This document shows, in pieces, positions 1 through 14,605 of a stretch of 64,000 bases of DNA. The DNA lies in NCBI GenBank assembly GCA_964016885.1, contig OZ024740.1, positions 96,224,001-96,288,000 on the forward strand, read 5' to 3'. The notes under the pieces were generated by a model, which saw nothing but the letters and a program-made list of their open reading frames with translations, was not told where the DNA came from and ran no database searches. The first letter of the stretch is position 1. Every line of letters starts with the position of its first letter. The stretch is from Eledone cirrhosa. Its lineage: Eukaryota. The position numbers were made by a program, and so were the translations under genes.

Positions 1-62
1 TTCTTCTTCTTCTTCTTCTTCTTCTTCTTCTTCTTCTTCTTCTTCTTCTTCTTCTTCTTCTT
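1..62. repeat. (TTC)n microsatellite
   Basis: Pure TTC run abutting the EN-linker region of the minus-strand PLE. Confidence 0.97.
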
Positions 63-63
63 C

Positions 64-1895
64 GCTCGTATGCGTTTGCGGTTGTGATACTGTGATGTGT
101 TTATATTTAGAATGTGGTGCTATGTTGCGCATAGGTGGGGCGGTTTCCCTAAATGTGGTTGATCTTGCGTATATAGGATTCTATATTTGCAGCCGTAGAG
201 TATGAGAGTTTTATAGTTTTTCTATTGAGGATTTTATTATATCTATGTGATATAGGGAGGTGTTTATCTATTAGTTTAAAAAACTAGAAGGCAGTCTAGT
301 TTTACAGAGGAGTTGAAGATTGGATTAAACCACAGGTATTTTCTTTCTCTAAGTCTTCTACAGTTTCTAGGGTTTAAATTATTCGTGTTTGGACCACCTA
401 CTCTAGGTGCTATTTGCCTACCTCTATGTCTAGTCATGTTACCTTTATTTTTCTGTGAGCGGTTGGTGTCAGTGTTAGTGGGTTTGTTTGAGTTGTGCTT
501 ATCTGTTATAAACAGCAGCTTTTATTTGTGTCCGACCCTATGTAATTCCGCGTTATAATAGTTAGCATGCTCATTAAACATGTCTAGGTTTGAGGATAAG
601 CGTGATATTCTAAGGGATATACTACGTGCTATGGATTTGATTATGCATGGATGGTGGTTTAAATTATAACTAATGTAAGCCAAATTTTCCTTATTTTTGT
701 GCAAGGGCTCTATTAATGCCGTATTTAGATTTAGAGTCACATCTAGAAAGTTTGCCTTTTTATGATTCAGTTCGTAGGTAATACTTAGGCCCAGTTTTTT
801 TAAAGAATGTTCTAATGTTTTTTCTTAATCTTTCTATGCTCTAGTTATTTAAGTTCCTAGCTATAAGGAGCGTGTCATCTCCATAAATCCCTGGAGGTTA
901 CTGAATTCTTTATGTAGGTTGTGAGCTATAAATAACCCCACGACGTCAGAGCTGAGTCGTTCGATCCCATTGTGATATCGAAGCTGATTATCCTATTTGT
1001 TCTTACCCAATAGCTATTTTTCAAATTTCAGATAGTCCTTCTAGAAGCTAGTATTATTTCAATTTAATCAGGGTAAGATCGGAGTTATTTTGGGCAAATA
1101 TAAGCGCTCTATCTAGGGTGGCTGGGGATATGGACGCGTAGTAATCGTTTATCTCGAATTGTATGAAGTTACATGTTACTCTATTTCCTATTTTACTGAA
1201 CCATTCAATCGCCTCGTTAGTGTTACCCCATAAATTGATTTCTAGTTTTCCCTTTATTTGTGCGATTACCCTATCTAGAATATTCTTGCTAATGTTACCT
1301 ATATCCGACTTAGATGGGCATATTAATCGGATAGTAGGATTTGCTTCAAATTATTTGTGTGATCCTTAATGTTAAATGTGGGGTTGCATGGGGTTAGAGG
1401 CTCGGTTCAATCGGATATTCCGATTTTATTTACTAACCTAAGACCCTCCCTGTTAATGCTGTTGAGTGTGGATTCATTTTTTTTTTTTTTTGTATTTTTT
1501 GTGTAGTTCACGCTGAATGAAATTATTGTATGTGTTAAGCTCGATAGAATATACGTTTAATGTTTTGTCTGCCTTTACTATGATACCGTTTGTGTCCTTT
1601 AGTTTTCTTAGTAGTGTATTCATGTCATTTTGTAATTTGTTGTGGGGTGTTCCTTTTTTGAATTTCATTCCACTTATCATATTCATGAGGTCCAGCTCGA
1701 AGGCATCGTGCGTGGAGTTGTTTGGAGGGTTTTTGCGGGATTTGAATCCGCCTATTGGCGAGCAGGTGCCTTGATTCGAGACTAGTGTACATGTGTGCGG
1801 TGAACACGGGCAACTCCACTTGGCATTACATTGGATCCAGCTAATTTATTCGAGTATCGTTGGGATTTGTTGGTATTGTCATTATTGCTATTATT
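64..1895 (-). pseudogene. Degraded Penelope-like element RT ORF (Hydra-type)
   Basis: Frameshifted motifs on minus strand: GFKSRKNPP, IIVKADKT.NVY, ICPSKSDIG.ISK.ILDRV, EAIEWF, FIQFEINDYYASISP, FDITMGS, FLDVTLNL, NHHP..IKSI..SI..RISRLSSN, WFNP, IKLSYS. Confidence 0.88.
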
Positions 1896-1960
1896 GTCCT
1901 GATTTTATGCCACTGCTATATATAGAAGCCATGTATTTCCTATGCCTATGTATTTCATTC

Positions 1961-2069
1961 ATTCTCGCATGGTCTGATGAATTGACTGGATATAACAGAG
2001 TATTGGTGATTGATTGACGCGAAAACTGGCGGGTAGCGATCTCTAGACCTACCAGTTCAGAGAAAGAAT
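1961..2069 (+). ncRNA. Type I hammerhead-like motif in inverted pseudo-LTR of the PLE
   Basis: CTGATGA 1974-1980; GAAA 2021-2024; stem III AACTGG..GGT/ACC..CCAGTT; UC site 2057-2058; offset stem I TTCTC/GAGAA; stem II weak. Confidence 0.55.
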
Positions 2070-2086
2070 TGTCATCTTCTTTCTTG

Positions 2087-2156
<70 letters not shown>

Positions 2157-2570
2157 AATTGATGTTGGATGCTTAAAACGTCCGTATGCGGTAGGCCGTT
2201 TGAGCACTCGATGGTGTCACATAGCAGAGTATGATATCACAAAAAGTGAGAATCAGTGTTGCGGCGAATTGAATTTATTGGACATATTACAATCATTTCT
2301 CTTGCGTCCAGCTCGAGGCAGGAACGATGTGATGATCGACCCTGACTCTGAAAATCGCAAGTTCCTCACATACGTGTTGAATCAGATTTCCTAAATGGAA
2401 AATCTCCTTCGTAGAATCAAGGCCAATCTGGAGACGCTGTTGGCCTTGAGCCAAAAGCAGAAACAATTATATAGGGAAAAAAGATGAAATCGAAAACATC
2501 ACTTTCTAATATATATATATACATATATATATATATTATATGTATATATTATATATATATTATATGTATA

Positions 2571-2963
2571 TAGGAGAAAGTATGACGCCGACGGCAGAGC
2601 TGAAGCCGCTTCGACGGTTATTTCTGGACTAAAGTAAGAGTTTTTTTAGTCTGGTAAATAAATAGCCGAACTTTTTAAGGGGTACTCTATCATGGCATGA
2701 TAGACTTTTCTGTTTCTGCTACAAAATTTGACCAATCCTCTTGACAACTAGAATCTTCCCATATAAGGAAATACTCCTTGAAAAGTTCGGCTATTTATTT
2801 AACAAACTAAAACAACTCTTACTTTAGTCCAGAAATAACCGTCGAAATGGTTTTACTTCTGCCATCGGTGTCATAATTTCTCCTATAACCCACAATACTA
2901 CCCTAACTATTGAGTACTCTGGTGCGTTATGGTCCATATGGTTCCTTACCACAACTCCTTCGT

Positions 2964-2965
<2 letters not shown>
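2571..2965. mobile_element. Non-coding foldback element in (TA)n carrying an HHR (family A)
   Basis: Arms ~2571-2690 and ~2765-2886 are reverse complements; right arm continues into an ~80 nt tail also seen at 14205-14280 and 29003-29078. Confidence 0.85.
2772..2872 (+). ncRNA. Hammerhead, U3-A8 core variant (family A)
   Basis: actcc-TTGAAAA(2778-84)-gttcggctattt...aaataaccgtc-GAAA(2844-47)-tggt..gcca-TC(2865-66)-ggtgt. Confidence 0.65.
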
Positions 2966-3005
<40 letters not shown>

Positions 3006-3009
3006 TATA

Positions 3010-3091
<82 letters not shown>

Positions 3092-3781
3092 TAAACAGAA
3101 TAGAAAATGCTGACAAATTGTTCACAGTGAAAAATAGTTTAATTAGGAATAAATGAGAATTAGTAATTGTATTGGTTAGTAATCAGTTTTGGTTATAAGT
3201 TTTACCGGTTGCGCATTTCTAAATGCTTTTCAAAAATAATTTTGAGATAGAGCGTCCGTAATGTTTGCTCTGATCTGATTAGTTTAGGGAATTCTACCTG
3301 TTTTTATCTTAAAAAAGTGGCTCCAGCGCTATTAATATTGGATTTTTGCGCCAATTCTTGTCGCAAAAATTCTTGTGGTCAAAAGAATTTTGATTGGTCG
3401 GTAGAGGTCATGTGAATGTAAAAAAATTGATTTTGCGCCAAGACTGAGAAATGACTCTTTCACAACAAATATGTGTGTGTGTGTGTTTGTGTGTAGTAGT
3501 AGTAGTAGTAAAGTGTTCGTTGTTGTGATAATGGTTAGCAGGGATGTGTGTGCGAACAGCAGCCTGTTGACAGTTCAAATGCCTATTAATACAAGTATGT
3601 GTGTGTGTGTATTGTCTGTGTGTGTGTGTGTGTGGGTGTGTATAGCAGAGTAATTCCTGGTAGAGGGATGGTCAGTAGCAATGTGTCTGTAAGTGAGTGA
3701 GGGATATTATAACATGTTAAAATATATTTTTCAGCTCTTGTCTTATACGGAGAAGTGTGTGTGTGTGTGTGTGTGCGTGTG

Positions 3782-3848
<67 letters not shown>

Positions 3849-4129
3849 TTGTGTGGGTGTGTGTGTAGCAGAGTAATTCGTGGTAGAGGGATGGTCAGTA
3901 GGAATGTATCTGTAAGTGAGTGAGGGATATTTTAACATGTTAAAAGATATTTTTCAACTCTTGTCTTATACGGAGAAGTGTGTATCTGTGTGTGTGTGTG
4001 TGTGTATAAGTTTCTTTGTATGTTAATGTACGCGTGTGTATGTGTGTGTATATATGTGTGTGTGTGTGTGAGAATATGTATGTGTGTGTGTGTGTGTGTG
4101 TGTGTGAGAATGTGTGTTTGTGTATGTTA

Positions 4130-6047
4130 AATAGATTAAAAACCGACAGAAACAATACAATTAAAAAAGCTGATAGAGGGAGTACAGTAGTCCAAATGGA
4201 GACAGAATTCTATATTAACTTAGCGCTCTCCACTTTGGAAAACGAAACACTAATAAAAGGCTGAACACTACAATCAACAGAAAATTATGAGAAACCTAAA
4301 AACTCTAATCAACCAATACAAAGAAGGACTCACTAACAAGGAATTCAGCTTCATCACAGACTTCACAAGTAAATGCAGCCTTTTCTACGGTATCCCTAAA
4401 GTACATAAAAGCGAATTAATAAGTAAGGCATGCAAGGAATCCACAGACATAGTCATCAATGTCCCCTCACCCAATGATCGATCTCAAATTATGACCTATA
4501 ATAGCAGGCCCCGCTTGCTAAACCCAACACCTTAGTAACTTCATTGATACCCTTCTCAAACCCTTTCTCAAACACATCAAAAGCTATATAAGGGACGACC
4601 TAGACATGCTCAATCACCTCCCTAATATGCCACTTTCTGAACAAACCCTACTAGTGACGTTCGATGTAGCCAACCTATACTCCAACAACCCCCACAACCT
4701 AGGAATAGAAGCTATCCAATTCTGGCTGGATAATTACCACAATGAACTCCCACAACGCATCAAAAAAGAATTCGTGATAGAGGGACTCAAAGTTATCTTG
4801 GAGAACAATTACTTCGTTTTCAATAACAAACCCTACATGCAGAGATCTGGGACCACTATGGGAACGAAAACAGCCCGCACTTCTTATGCCAACGTAGTCA
4901 TGGGATACCTGGAAATCACCCTCTACACTAAAGTCCTAAACAAATTTGGAAACACTCTCCACTTAAACATAGAAAGGAACTGGAAGCGATATCTAGACGA
5001 CTGCTTCATCCTTTGGCACGAAAACATCGAACAACTTAAAGAATGTCACACCCTTATAAATGGGCTCAACACGAATATTAACTTCACGATGGAATACAGC
5101 CATCAACAACTCCCCTTCCTCGACATCCTCATTAAGATACATAACACAAAAAATAGAAACAGACATATACTACAAGCCCACAGACTCCAAGCAATATCTT
5201 CCTTTCAACTCTTGCCACACTAGACACGTTAAAATTAATATTCCCTACAAATTAGCCAAGAGAATCTGTACTATAGTCTCCAATAAAAACACCTGCTACT
5301 TACGGCTACAAGAACTAAAGGACACACTCATAGGCAGGGACTACCCTGCATCACTAATTGACAATGGAATACAATGTGCCCTAAAACTCAGTACCCAGGA
5401 CCTTAGACACCCTAAAGTAAATCAACCGAAACTAAAAGCTATTCCACACATCTCCACACAGAACCCCCTCAACAATGAGGCCTTTGACACCATCCTCCAG
5501 AACATCCCTGTGTTGAAAAAGAACCATACAATGAACCAAATCCTACGCACACACGATATCATAAAGAGCAAAAGACAATCTAAGTCAAGAAAAACATCCT
5601 AACACATGCCAAAGTACCACCAACCACAACAACGAAACCCACAGTAAAAAAATGCGATAGACCCAACTGTGGCATTTGCATCAACCTAATAGAGGGTTCG
5701 GAATTCTATTTCAAAGAAGGACAACGTTTTATAGTAAAACACAATTTCACATGTGCATCGGAAAATCTAATATATGTATTAACTTGCTCAGGTTGTCGAG
5801 AACAATACATAGGCCAGACCAAAAACAGCCGCCAAGCATGATTGTCCATAGATCCCAAATTAAAATACGGGAATACAGGAAAATACCACTGAGTGAACAC
5901 ATTTATACCTGTGCCGCCCAAAATCATCCCAACTTCAGAATCTTTCTCCTCTACAAATTTAAAGATAATGCCACCCACACCCAGCGCATCAGCAAGGAAT
6001 CTTACTTTATTAACAAATACAGACCCCGTCTAAACACTTCTCCCTAA
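4130..6047 (+). pseudogene. PLE reverse transcriptase + C-terminal GIY-YIG endonuclease, frameshifted
   Basis: IKKADRGSTVV, FYGIPKVHK, LVTFDVANLY, GTTMG, WKRYLDD, LPFLDI, TDIYYKPTDS, SCH, C.RPNCGIC, NFTCASENLIYVLTCSGCREQYIGQT. Confidence 0.93.
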
Positions 6048-6133
6048 GACAAACCACAACATACACACGTCAACATACATAACCACATATAAACACAATG
6101 ACATACGTAAACACACATGTTCTATGGTGCAAC

Positions 6134-6203
<70 letters not shown>

Positions 6204-6451
6204 AGTGAATATATGTATATATATATATAGTGAATATCATTTCACACCTTTTATTGTTAAGGTTTTTGATATTCAATTGAGAGAATCGATTTTACTGAAA
6301 ATATCGAATAATGTACACCATTTTACCAGGAAAAAAATACTGGTCCACCCACACACACATTCTCACACACACACACACACACACATATATACACACACAC
6401 ATACACACGCGTACAGTAACATACGAAGAGACTTATAGACACTCACACACA

Positions 6452-6516
<65 letters not shown>

Positions 6517-6783
6517 TTCTCCGTATAAGACAAGAGTTGAAAAATAACTTTTAACATGTTAAAATATCCCCCACTCACTTACAGACACATTCCTACTGAC
6601 AACCCCTCTACCACGAATTACTCTGCTACACACACACACACACTTCTCCGTATAAGTCAAGAGCTGAAAAATATATTTTAACATGTTAAAATATCCCCCA
6701 CTCACTTACAGACACATTCCTACTGACGATCCCTCTACCAGGAATTACTCTGCTAGACACACACACACACGCACGCACGCACA

Positions 6784-6860
<77 letters not shown>

Positions 6861-7067
6861 ACACTTGTATTAATAGGCATTTGAACTGTCAACAGGCTGC
6901 TGTCGGACACACATCCCTGCTAACCATTATCACAAGAATTTTTGCAACACGAATTGGCGCAAAAAAAAATTTTAATAGCGCTGGACCCACTTTTTTAACA
7001 TAAAAACAGGTAGAATTCCCCAAACTAATCAGATCAGAGCAAACATCACGTACGCTCTATCTCAAAA

Positions 7068-7110
7068 TTATTTTTGAAAAGCATTTAGAAATGCGCAACC
7101 GGTAAAACTT
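7068..7110 (+). ncRNA. Minimal hammerhead-like motif with U3-A8 core and GCAA instead of GAAA (inverted copy 3199-3240)
   Basis: ttt-TTGAAAA-GCATT.taga.AATGC-GCAA-CCGG-TA-aaa; ACCGGT is palindromic. Confidence 0.55.
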
Positions 7111-8349
7111 ATAACCAAAACTGATTACTAACCAATACCATTACTAATTCTCATTTATTCCTAATTAAACTATTTTTCACTGTGAACAATTTGTCAGCAT
7201 TTTCTATTCCGTTTACCAATATATAATAACTTGTGTGTTACACCTCTATTCTTTTAACTATATATATATATATATATACATATATACATATACATTTATA
7301 TATATACATGTGTGTGTGTGTGTGCGGATGTGTGTGTATATATTTAGAGTTAGAGAGAGAGATACGTAGATATAGATTGGTGGATACTCATATACACACA
7401 CATACACCTATATACATATACACATATATATTCGTGTGTGTGCGTGTGTGTTTATACGTGTCTACATGTATGATGGGCACACTCATATTTACACACATGC
7501 ATACACATATAGGTACAAGTATGTTACCCTTTGATATGTTGATATATGTGACCGTTAACCCGTCATGAGTCTATACGCTTCACAGTTTAGAAAAAGGAAA
7601 TTCTCATCACTCTTTTGTTATTGTAGTTATATTTCCCTACATTTACTTTCCATTTAAATATTCTCTTTTCCATTTTTTTGTCTCATCACCCTCTCCTTTC
7701 TGCCATAGTTTCTAGTTTCTTTTCACCTTAGCATTGTTATTATTTTTGCTTTTTATATCAATCATACTATGGTATGTATTCTTGATGCGAACTGTACATT
7801 TTATTGACAGTTAATTCTTGATACTTAGATTTCATTCAATTTCATATTAACCATTTCGAATGAAATACACATCGCAGGTGCTTGCTGCTAATAAATTAAT
7901 CTATAGGTAGAACTTATATTCTGATTTAATTGAACTGATTGTAGACACAACTGAATATATATATATTTTTATTTTTTTTATTTTTGGAATTCTAGAGGTG
8001 TTGTCACTAGCATCCTACACCAACCGATGTAGCTGAATCGCCAAGATAGACAAGATGAGCTAATACTGTTTTCCAAACACCTTGCGTGAGACCTGCACCT
8101 GGGTCACTGTCGGTTGAGTTTTGTACATAATATCTGTCAAGCGAATCTGTTCTCAGACCTTCTGATCACATGTACTTAGTAATGGACCTGTGATTTAGTC
8201 ATTTGAAGATGACGTGGAGCTACCTGGAACGATTCTCCAATCTCTGAGCTACGCAGGCTATCGAGTAACGTTACTAAAATGATTCTTCGGTGGAATGCTA
8301 TTTCAGCCGCTTGTATTTACGATCGTATTTTTTCTGTCATTACCCAATA

Positions 8350-8540
8350 CTAATTGATTCTACGTTTGGCACAAGGCCAGCGATTACCCAGTGCATTACT
8401 GGTACTTTATTTTATCGACCCCGTAAGGATGAAAGGCAAAGTTAACCCCGGCTGGATTTGAACTCAGAATGGCAAGGGCCATAACTCTATGCGTCAAAGC
8501 ATGGCGTCGGACCCTCTACCGACACAGCCAATCCACCGCC
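8350..8540 (-). mobile_element. tRNA-derived SINE (copy 1)
   Basis: Minus strand has A-box-like TGGCTGTGTCGG, B-box GAGTTCAAATCC and body GCCTTTCATCCTTACGGGGTCGATAAAATAAAGTACCAG. Confidence 0.85.
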
Positions 8541-8557
8541 AATCGATTATCCGATAA

Positions 8558-8750
8558 TAATTGTTTCTACTTTAGGCACAAGGCCAGCAATTACCCAGTG
8601 CATTACTGGTACTTTATTTTATCGACCCCGTAAGGATGAAAGGCAAAGTCAACCTCGGCGGGATTCGAACTCAGATTGTAAAGGGACGTAACTATGCTGT
8701 AAAGCATGGCGTCCGACCCTCTACCGATACTGCCAATCCACCGATAATAA
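8558..8750 (-). mobile_element. tRNA-derived SINE (copy 2, tandem)
   Basis: A-box TGGCAGTATCGG, B-box GAGTTCGAATCCC, same body as copy 1. Confidence 0.88.
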
Positions 8751-9584
8751 TGACCAGACTTAATGTTCGAAACGAATACTAATAAGAAGATAATGAGTTT
8801 TTGTTTGCCACCTAACTCGCTTCTTCTGATGACTGAACGTTTGTACTCGTACTTTGCAGCACCAGCACCTGCAAATCTCGGTCTTAATTCAGCCTCCCAC
8901 CTTCCACCATTTGTTAAGCTTAGTTTCAAGACTCATAGGCATAGGATTATTCGGCTGGAAATTGCAAACGGCTTGGCATTACTTACCTCGTCAGCAGATT
9001 GATCTCTGACAACGACCTGAAAGATTTCCTAGCGAGTGCTGCACGGTAGGATTGCAAATAATTGGTCAGAAGACTGAGACACTCATCCCCTCAAGATAGC
9101 CGGTGCACTGCACTCTACATGGCGATTGATTTCCGCCGAAGCATCAGAAGAATTTCAAATTTATCGTAGCCGTGTTCAAAGTATACAGTCTAAAATAAAA
9201 ATATAACATACAACGATATTGTGGACGTTGTAGATATGATTACAATGTTATAAACATTACAGAACCGATGGATATATCGTAAAATGAGGCACATTTTATT
9301 TTTTAAATAAGAGGAAATTTAAGAGTTTAACAGCAATAAGGAAAATTAACTATCCAATCACATTCAATTATGTGAAATAGTTTAGATTAGACAAATATAA
9401 TTGCTAAGAAGAATTTTGTTAAAAACCTATACGAAATGTGTTAGTGATAGTTATATAGAGATTGAAATGAAAAACAAATGTACAATGTAATGTAAGGAAT
9501 ATATAAATGAATTATAATTATAAATAAAAACCGAGATGAATATAAGCTCGAAGTATATTCATACATACTTATGTATAGAATAGA

Positions 9585-10155
9585 ATTAGAATTTAGCGCC
9601 GATACATAGAAATATGTATTTGAAGTTCGTATTTCTAAAGAAATGGTGTATGCTTATCAATAAACATTTATAAAGCCATAACTATGAATGACAGTGGAAG
9701 CTAACGCCACCAGGTGGTGCTCGGTAGAGGAAGGGGGTGACCATCATCGACACATTTCTAACTTAACTGGTTCTCGTCAGGACAATCTCTTCCGCCCTTA
9801 AAACTGCCGGACTTTGAAAACTGCGAAAATATATCGTTTTCGTCGTCTGTGTAAATGAGCTGATTAATCTCATTTGCATATGAAGCTGTATAAGTGAGCT
9901 CAACTTAATATAGACAAAAATTAGAATTTAGCTTCGAACATAGCGTGTATCTAAAGAATTACGGTATGTTTATAAATAAATATTTAGAAAGCCATAGCTA
10001 TGAATGACACTGTCAGATAACACCATCATGCAGTGCATCGTCGATTTCCCCCCTTGCGTCTCCCGAGAAGCGCTTGGTCGCCTTAGCTGCCAGTGTCATG
10101 TATAGCTATGGCTTTCTAAATTGTTATTGATAAACATACAATATATCTTTATAAA
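9585..10155. repeat. Old direct plus inverted repeat cluster (MITE/foldback-like)
   Basis: ~9632-9712 and ~9948-10020 are direct repeats (AAAGCCATA.CTATGAATGACA); ~10075-10150 is the inverted copy. Confidence 0.6.
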
Positions 10156-10387
10156 TATGAAATTTGATTCCAGGGTCGGGCTAGCTTGATACAGATCGAA
10201 CCTTCAGCTGATCAATAGAGAAACGTGCGTCACTACTTAATAAATGTAATGAAGACATCATGAAATGTCATTTTAATTATTATAATTAAACTCTGCTTAG
10301 TTCTACACCCCTATACCTACTGGAAACTACGCACCGAGTTCTCACTCTGATGAAAATGCCCCCACCCCCACCCCCACACGCACATAC

Positions 10388-10434
<47 letters not shown>

Positions 10435-12619
10435 CGTGTGTGTGTGTGCCTGCGTTTCTCCTTATGAATATATGTGTGAATAAATTCATTGTCCGAATCA
10501 CCTGACTGATTGCTCGAACGATTGAATGAATTATCTCTAAATGAGAGTGTGATTGTTAATGAACAGTTTCTAACGTATTAGAAGAGAAATATATGCAGTA
10601 TCGTGTAAATTACAAATCGCTAAAATACCTATACCGTAATCTAATAGCATTTCGTTGAATACATTATTGCATATAGGATATATCACAAAATGTATAAAAG
10701 GGAAAATACATATAAAAAACTTTCTTCTACATTTTACTGTATGTACCTCAAAGAAAATATGTCATTAGTAATTTGGCAAAAGAAATTTTAATTCACAAGC
10801 ATGTACTAGATTTTAAATTATTTGATATATGAGTAATTATATGTATTATTGTGAATGCATATATTCCTATAATGAATCATTCTTAATGAGGAAACATATT
10901 ATTCTATTCTAGCATCAAATTATATATTTCAATTAAAAGTTATGCTATTTACTTTTTTTGCTTAAATATTCTGAATAGCAAACAACGTATATATTTGAAT
11001 GATATAGCTATATTGTATTCTTTGAAAGGTTTACTAATTGCCATTTGATAATATTTGGCATGAATGGTTTTTCGATATTAAGGCTGTGCTAGACGGTATA
11101 CGCGAGGTACACGCATGATTTCTCAGAACTTTATGTATGTACTTTTTAGTCTGACTTCGACCTGCATTTTCTTTTTCGTTTACCTTCTTCAAAAAAGTAA
11201 ATGTTCTTTTTTACTTAGATTAAATCATTATCTCTATTGAGACAATTCTAATGATATAAAATTGATAATAATTTCATTTAGATTTAATTATATATATCAA
11301 TATCACAAAGACCATTCTAACATTCTATTTTCTAAACTGATGTTTAGTTTGCGTATCTGTAAAGTTTGACGTTTCGTGGTTTCCACTACTTTGCAAGATT
11401 AGGTTAAATGATAATTTCATAATTCATTTGAACAAGTTTCCGAAGTCCTGAAATATGATCATGTGCACTGCTCTTCGCGTATGAATTTAACGGTTTTGTG
11501 TCTTGTCATCACGTTGTTGAAAGATCTAATTAATGAATTTGAAACGTATTGCTACAAGTATAAAAACTAATATTTCGCAGGTTTCCATTTTTTGGTTTAA
11601 TTTAAATATGTCAATATGAGTGAACTTCCTATTCTTCTCGTCGAATTGCAACAGCGTTAATTTTTTTTAGCACTGTGATACAGTACTCTCATTTGTAATT
11701 TACGTAGCTAAAACATTGCTCAATCTAACTTAAAACGTTCCGTTATCTAAAGAAAGAATCGTTTCGCGACCGGACATTAATGGTGAAATAAAGATAAAAT
11801 GGTTAGAATATGGTAAAAATAAAATTAGTCGCTACAAGAAAACATATGTGTATTCTTCAAAACATTACACTGAATATCATTGAGATCAACTATCAAATCC
11901 CTGGAATTACGTTATACAGCAATGCCCAGGTTATATGCAAATCGTAGCTAACATATTCTTCTAATGACAATAATTTTATTTATATTTATATAATTATATA
12001 TTTCGGTCAAAAGAAAGTCAATGTCCATAAAACAAGGTATTGCATCCGTGTCTTGTAGTAAAATAAGACATCCTCAATCCGAAGATATGTCCTAAATATG
12101 CCCATCTGTGTAGACCCGATAAAGAATTTGGAAGACTATGTGATAAACTGATCTGAGGATTATTCTTTCTACGGAAATTAAAAGAAAAACAGCTGGGATG
12201 GAACTGAAGATGGAAAGAAAAAGAAATACTTATTAAATCCAGTGTTGGAAATATTCAACCTGTCTTCTTCACATAAATGATATTTAAACCTATCGGATAG
12301 TATTATTAAAGGCAACAATTAGAATAATAACACAAAGACATTGTGACTGACGCTCTAAAGATTTTCCCAATGAATGATGTTTCCGAAATCGATTCCTCTG
12401 ACACCTAATATATGTATCCTTGTAGCTAAGTTGGAAATACTATTCACGTTACTTATGTTATTGACATGTGGGTAATGTGGAAACGAGTACTTCACAGTTT
12501 AGACGTTCGCCCCGATTTTCAATGATATTACATGAATTTAGTCAAACAACCTACGTCACAAAGGAACAAACTTACTTGAGAAAAAGCTGGTATGGATTTC
12601 GAGAGTCCTCTTGAAACAT

Positions 12620-13400
12620 CTACTCAATCAATCCACCGTTAGCATCATTCACTGCTTCAATACGTTTTTTGCAAGTTTGACATGCGCGAATGAGCTAATC
12701 GCAATCGGTTTCGGACATGTTGTTGATATGGCAGACTTCAAAGATTTCAGGGTGTTATGTCGGTAATGTTTGACTTCCCCCTCGACAAAGCACAATATAT
12801 TGAAATTCAATGGATTCAAATCTGAGGAGCTATAAAACCATGTTTTGCTTGACGTGATCGAGCCGTCTAGGTCATACGAGGAAATGCAGTCTTGTTGGTA
12901 GGAGGGATGTCTTCCTTTACATACGCTCTCTATACAAGAACATACTATCCTCTCCCACACCTCCTTATACGTAACAGCATTACAGCTTAAGCTATGTGGA
13001 AATACAATGAGACATAAAACTTCCCTGGCGGTTATCCGTTGTCTTTGTAGACAAGAATTGACCTCTCGGCATGACAATTATGTGTAACGAAGCTTATCAA
13101 ATCCTATGCCTTGGAACCTTGGACTCCTAAGTAATGGCACTAGAGTACTGTCTGTGTTACCTATCGATAACTATCTGCATATTTTGTACAGATGCTGGGA
13201 TACTGGTGATATTAGCACACTCAAAATTCGTTTGACGTTAGACTACTGCTGTCGAATCCTCTAAGCGGCTTCTAATTCTTTGCAAATGTTGGCAAGGAAC
13301 GACCGTGCAACTTCCAGGAAGAAATCCATCCCTGCATTAATATGCTTTGTCATTACGGGTCAATATTATAGCAAGCATTTTTTATTGTCATGACTATATT
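12620..13400 (-). pseudogene. Tc1/mariner transposase remnant
   Basis: SVCKGRHPSYQQD and SSSDLNPLNF..VEGEV.HYRHNTLKSLKSAI match the FQQD / SPDLNPLD DDE C-terminal motifs. Confidence 0.75.
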
Positions 13401-13657
13401 ATATGCCACATCATATGTTTATAGAGAAATGGTTACCAGAAGAAGTTAGAAAAAGATAGAGCTATTAAAACTCGTGATTTCGAAGAACTCAGCAAACCTG
13501 TAGAGAGAGAAAATGTAGTGAAATTCAATTGATGACCTTTAGCACATACAAATTAACATATAGAATATTTATGATTCAATATTTTTCATAACGAGCAACA
13601 AGTTAGGCTAATGTTCTCTTAAGCCTGATTTGTTTGATTTTGGTGTGTTTTCCATAC

Positions 13658-13759
<102 letters not shown>

Positions 13760-14139
13760 ATCACATTACATTAAGAAAAATGGTTTTCATGGCATATGCA
13801 ATTTCTAGTAAATTTATTTGTAACACATTTCATTTTATGTCTGACAGATGATTCTCTAAATAGTTTTTAAAGTGTTTTCCAATAATTCTCTACTAAATTT
13901 TGTGTATGTTATTGCCAAAAATAAAAAATAAATTTCCTACTATAGAAGTAATTACAAAATAATTTTGACGAGTTGTTAGTTTTATTTCAACTTACTATAT
14001 TTGTTCGTTGGTGGAAAATGTTTTTATATGTATAATTATGAGAAAATTATATCAATTTATTAATAATAGGAAATTGGTCTATATCAGTATTTCTTAAATG
14101 CTATATATTGTCAAATTTAAAGTCATATTCATATATTCA

Positions 14140-14281
14140 TATAGTCCAGAAATAGCCGTCGAAACGGCTTGAGCTGTGCCGTCGGGGTCATACTTTTTCC
14201 TATTTCTCACTCTACTACCTTAAGTATTGTGTACTCTGGTGCGTTATGGTCCATCTGGTTCCTCACCACAATTCCTTTGTT

Positions 14282-14377
<96 letters not shown>

Positions 14378-14585
14378 CGAAGGAAATATGGTAAGGAACC
14401 AGGTGGACCATAACGAACCCAAGTACTCAATACATAGGGTAGTAAAGTTGGTAATAGGAACGAGTAGTACCCCGACGGATGAGCTCAAGCCCTTTCAACG
14501 GCTAATTCTGGACTAAAATCATTTTAGTCCAGAATAGCCGTCGAAACGGCTTGAGCTCAGCCGTCGGGATCCTACTCGTTCCTTT
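14140..14585. mobile_element. Three truncated family-A 3' ends (HHR stem III half plus tail) around (TA)n
   Basis: AGTCCAGAA.TAGCCGTC-GAAA-CGGCTTGAGCTCAGCCG-TC-GGG at 14143 (+), ~14468-14514 (-) and 14527 (+). Confidence 0.85.
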
Positions 14586-14605
14586 ATATATATATATATA
14601 TATAT

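Larger units (their letters stand above)
3086..7222 (+). mobile_element. Neptune-like PLE with ~1 kb inverted pseudo-LTR, inserted in (TA)n
   Basis: 3086-4130 is the reverse complement of ~6350-7222; both outer ends read ...GTTTACCAA-(TA)n; internal (CA)n-rich subrepeats. Confidence 0.9.

Noticed and set aside
3590-3990. Repeats separated by spacers resembling a CRISPR array
   Set aside because: Eukaryotic PLE UTR subrepeats separated by (TG)n; no unique spacers or cas genes
4130-6047. Selenocysteine-type TGA recoding as in Naiad PLEs
   Set aside because: Interruptions are frameshifts and mixed stops, and the EN is C-terminal, so not Naiad
8603-9180. 108-aa ORF and possible DDE transposase trace
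   Set aside because: ORF runs into the SINE; no convincing catalytic motif
8826-10340. Isolated CTGATGA words (8827, 10347; also 43535)
   Set aside because: No stem II/GAAA/UH arrangement follows
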